In this document: positions 61,801 through 64,000 of the stretch, in pieces
Position numbering within the stretch: position 1 is the stretch's first letter
Layout: every line of letters begins with the position of its first letter
Source: Magallana gigas
Lineage: Eukaryota
Length of the DNA: 64,000 nt
Assembly: GCF_963853765.1 (NCBI RefSeq)
Contig: NC_088854.1
Location: forward strand, 806,001-870,000
Reading direction: 5' to 3'
Position numbers and translations under genes: made by a program
The notes under the pieces: generated by a model
The model's input: the letters and a program-made list of their open reading frames with translations, nothing else
Databases searched by the model: none
What the model was told of the DNA's origin: nothing

Positions 61801-63267
61801 GAGGGTTTTTTTTTTGGTCAAAGAACTTTGAGTAATTCAACACATTACACAATGTACATGCACAGTAATTGCTTGTTGGTTCAGGTTACATAGATGTCCT
61901 GTAAGGTTAAAAGTTATGGTCATTTTAGAGCATAGTAAATTACATTTTCTAGTTAATAGTTAATAGTGTATACTGTGTAATTTCATACCTTTTGTGCTAC
62001 TTGAGGTGAATTTTTATCGAGATGTAATTAACATTGTATATTGTATTGCAGTTCCATGTAAAAGTAGAAAGCTAAGCACAGAGAGATCATCATGCCCACC
62101 CCATGCAAAACCTGAGGCTCAAGGACAAGGTATTATCTTTGATTATATAGATTTAAAACTTTTTACGGACACCACCTGTCAGTTGCCATTAGTGACAGTA
62201 ACTTAATTGCATATATATATTACAATTTAGGTCAAGTATTATTCAACTTAAGTGATCAGGCGATTACCTTTTTGTTACAGTGAAACTCCTAAAAACTAGC
62301 AGAATTTTCAGTTCTTTATAAACCTAAGAAACTACCAATCTCTTAAATCTTACCATTTATAATTTGGTTTAAAAAGTGGATGTTGGAGAGAAATTTCATG
62401 GTAAAGGAATTTAAAGGAATGCTAATATTACATTGTATGTCTGTTCAATGTTACAGGCTTTGCAGATGGAAAACCGCTGATGGAACCCAGCTCATCAAGG
62501 ACGTCAGGAGGGAGAAAACGAGGTATGTAGAAAATCTAATATCATTTAGAGGATAAATTACACAAATACTTTTTCTATTGATTCCGAATTAACAGATATT
62601 TTTATAAAACTATTTTAAAGTAAACCCATTTGTAGTGTCTTAAGGAATTAGTCCAGGACCTATTAAAATGGTAGGTCAATGATAGGCATTGAATATTTAG
62701 ATAGCAATATTTTCAATGTTCAGGTTCATAAATAGTTTAATTTTTATGTAGCTTAGAATGTGGGTTTGAGCCTTCAACACACAGTACATGTACAATACCT
62801 TTACTTAGATATTCAGTTTTATATCTTTTTTTATATCCAACCTAAAAAAAATTCCACTACTTTTTTAAATTCTTGGATACAATGAATAAATGAATATCCT
62901 TTTACTATATTTCATACAATTATAACATTCGAAGGAAGGATACCAATTTTTGAATGAAGAGTGTACATTTGGGCTGAAGAACAAATAACCTTAATGACAA
63001 AAATATGATATAAATACAGCAATTTTAAAATAATAAAATCTTTTTTTTTTTACAGCCAGTGTTCAACGTCACACATGGACTGCTGTAGAAAAGGCATCCT
63101 TGGAGCGACAGTTTAATAACTTTATCAAACTAGGGAAAACTCCTGGTCAGCTTGACTGTTTAAACGCCATTAGGAAGGAAAAGGCATTATCAGGCTTCAC
63201 TTGGCGCAATGTGAAGTTTGCTGTCAAAAACATTATTACCTCTCGTCTGAGAAGTTGCAGAAAATGA
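49914..63267 (+). CDS. SET-domain + zinc-finger + tyrosine-recombinase protein (Crypton-like element gene), about 1009 aa if fully spliced
   Basis: Exons 49914-49943, 51494-51590, 52646-52802, 53526-53721, 53887-53926, 56212-56283, 56817-56888, 57344-57415, 59249-59383, 59595-61403, 61491-61562, 62457-62522 and 63056-63267. All are stop-free with GT-AG introns and compatible phases (3030 nt). The linker exons (53887-59383) are less certain than the domain-encoding ones. Confidence 0.7.
51494..53721 (+). CDS. SETD8/KMT5A-like SET domain (exons 2-4 of the SET-recombinase gene)
   Basis: Spliced translation GYGVFATQNFPKGSFLVEYVGE..SYMFYF..CIDAT..KGKYIND..NC..PRLCLFANRDIKAGEELRYDYG..LPW aligns motif by motif with the SETD8 catalytic domain. 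Confidence 0.9.
51601..52372 (+). mobile_element. Non-autonomous Helitron, copy 2
   Basis: Canonical A|TC...CTAG|T termini and a perfect CCGTGC-AT-GCACGG hairpin (52347-52360). It is inserted 10 nt downstream of the donor at 51591. Confidence 0.9.
52838..52866. repeat. (GA)n microsatellite
   Basis: Run of GA dinucleotides. Confidence 0.95.
53340..53440 (-). mobile_element. Degenerate tRNA-derived SINE head, related to the 4760-4965 element
   Basis: Colinear similarity to 4878-4965, with A-box and B-box remnants (53401-53412 and 53355-53365). Confidence 0.6.
55089..55672 (+). mobile_element. Helentron-associated non-autonomous element (HINE/pearl-like)
   Basis: The 5' subterminal GTCCCCTACCGGTTT (55126-55140) pairs with the 3' AAACCGGTAGGGAAC (55652-55666), which also forms a 3' stem-loop with 55638-55650. 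It has two internal core repeats and a (GGAC/GACA)n tract before the 3' end. Confidence 0.85.
56370..56690. repeat. 39/45-bp minisatellite array, same family as 48180-49640
   Basis: CACACATGTAGTGAGTTTCCTTGCCAATATACATTTCCA units, with remnants also at 57121-57210 and 58760-58850. Confidence 0.9.
57225..58290 (+). repeat. Segmental duplicate of 61370-62260 (recombinase-exon tail, intron, 72-nt exon, intron)
   Basis: Colinear high similarity with scattered substitutions. Sub-block 57990-58230 is repeated again at 58290-58525, and block 56706-57228 at 58530-58862. Confidence 0.9.
57790..57962. mobile_element. 173-bp Tc1/mariner-type MITE with demonstrable TA duplication
   Basis: TA|CAGTAAAACACG...CGTGTTTTACTG|TA. 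The paralogous block near 61960 has the empty site with a single TA. Confidence 0.92.
59595..61403 (+). CDS. Tyrosine recombinase (lambda-integrase fold) exon with two zinc-finger motifs
   Basis: A 1809-nt open exon with CLFC-x9-H-x4-H and CYYC-x11-H-x3-C motifs, then NRRRSGE (box I Arg), IKGKRGRKVPV (Lys loop), TSTKLRK (box II Arg), GH and HREFY (nucleophilic Tyr, 61280-61282). Confidence 0.88.
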
Positions 63268-64000
63268 AATTCCACGTGGTCACAACGTTAAATTTCTATG
63301 TGTTATAATTATGTTACCGTAACGAAGTTCGAATGCATACTGTTTGTGCTGGATTATCAATTTGTTAATAGCATTATGCCAGTATCTAAATTTAATACAG
63401 GGTGCATGCATTTGTGACAAATGCTTATTGGCTTATACAAATGTACATTTTTTTTTTGTCTGTTATTCTTCTTCCTATTCCATGAAACATTTTGAAATGG
63501 CAGAAATGGGTAGACATTATTTGATATTTTAATTGATAAAATATGATCAGAAATGTAAAGAAGGGCATGCATCATGCATGCTAATGTCATTAATTGAATT
63601 CATAAACAAAATTTCATATATCATGAATTACTATGAAATTATGTACTTTTAAATTTTAGCTTAAAAGTTGTTTGATCCTTAAATAAAATGAATTATAATT
63701 AAGATTCTGTAGTTGATTTATGTTTTGTTTGAAGAAGTGTTCAAAGTCCACAGGTCTAGATTTTACAAAGCAAGTGGCAAATAGGAATTTATTTAATTTA
63801 AACAGTATATGTTTTTAAAGAAATGAAACACACATGAAGACTTTTCAATTCAATTAGATTTTCTTATAAATTCAGTCTTGATAAGGTGCGTAAAAATCAG
63901 CAAGAAATCCTAATTATTTAAGTCATACAGTAAATGTATAAAGTCTTTTATAGGCAAAACAGTTAATAAAAGCATACAAGTTGCAATGGTACTAGACTGT

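Noticed and set aside
57993-62206. Three similar ORFs MLLEVNFYRD... (57993, 58292, 61994)
   Set aside because: They are copies of duplicated intronic DNA with non-ATG starts and no recognisable motif, and their ends differ between copies.
47580-64000. Terminal repeats of the SET-recombinase element
   Set aside because: I found no matching direct or inverted termini on both sides of the gene. The right end may lie outside the window, so no element boundaries are claimed.

Overview
Eukaryotic, AT-rich, intron-containing genomic DNA. The repeat types and gene content suggest a bivalve mollusc, probably an oyster (inference). There is one assembly gap (21411-21557). Five genes can be built by hand from splice sites and phase-compatible exons. 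(1) The first coding exon of a GAB/DOS PH-domain adaptor on the minus strand (4204-4106), running off the left edge. (2) A complete 12-coding-exon calpain-15/SOL gene on the plus strand (9109-17764), head-to-head with GAB. (3) A TMEM272-like membrane protein gene (+, about 22490/27383-30223). (4) An 11-exon Mieap-domain gene (-, 39886-31012) with two consecutive GC-AG introns. (5) The most notable feature: a 13-exon gene (+, 49914-63267, about 1009 aa) with every exon open. It joins a SETD8/KMT5A-like SET domain, an acidic linker, two zinc-finger motifs, a tyrosine-recombinase catalytic domain and a C-terminal helical domain, which suggests a Crypton-like mobile element or domesticated derivative carrying its own chromatin-modifier domain. 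Its termini were not found and the SET-to-recombinase splicing is predicted, not shown. The window also holds many non-autonomous elements: two Helitron copies, a Helentron/pearl-type element, TA-flanked MITEs, tRNA-derived SINEs and a LINE 3' fragment. Several foldback elements share a strand-asymmetric central mini-hairpin. Splice sites are tandemly duplicated in three of the genes. All exon models are manual predictions without transcript data.
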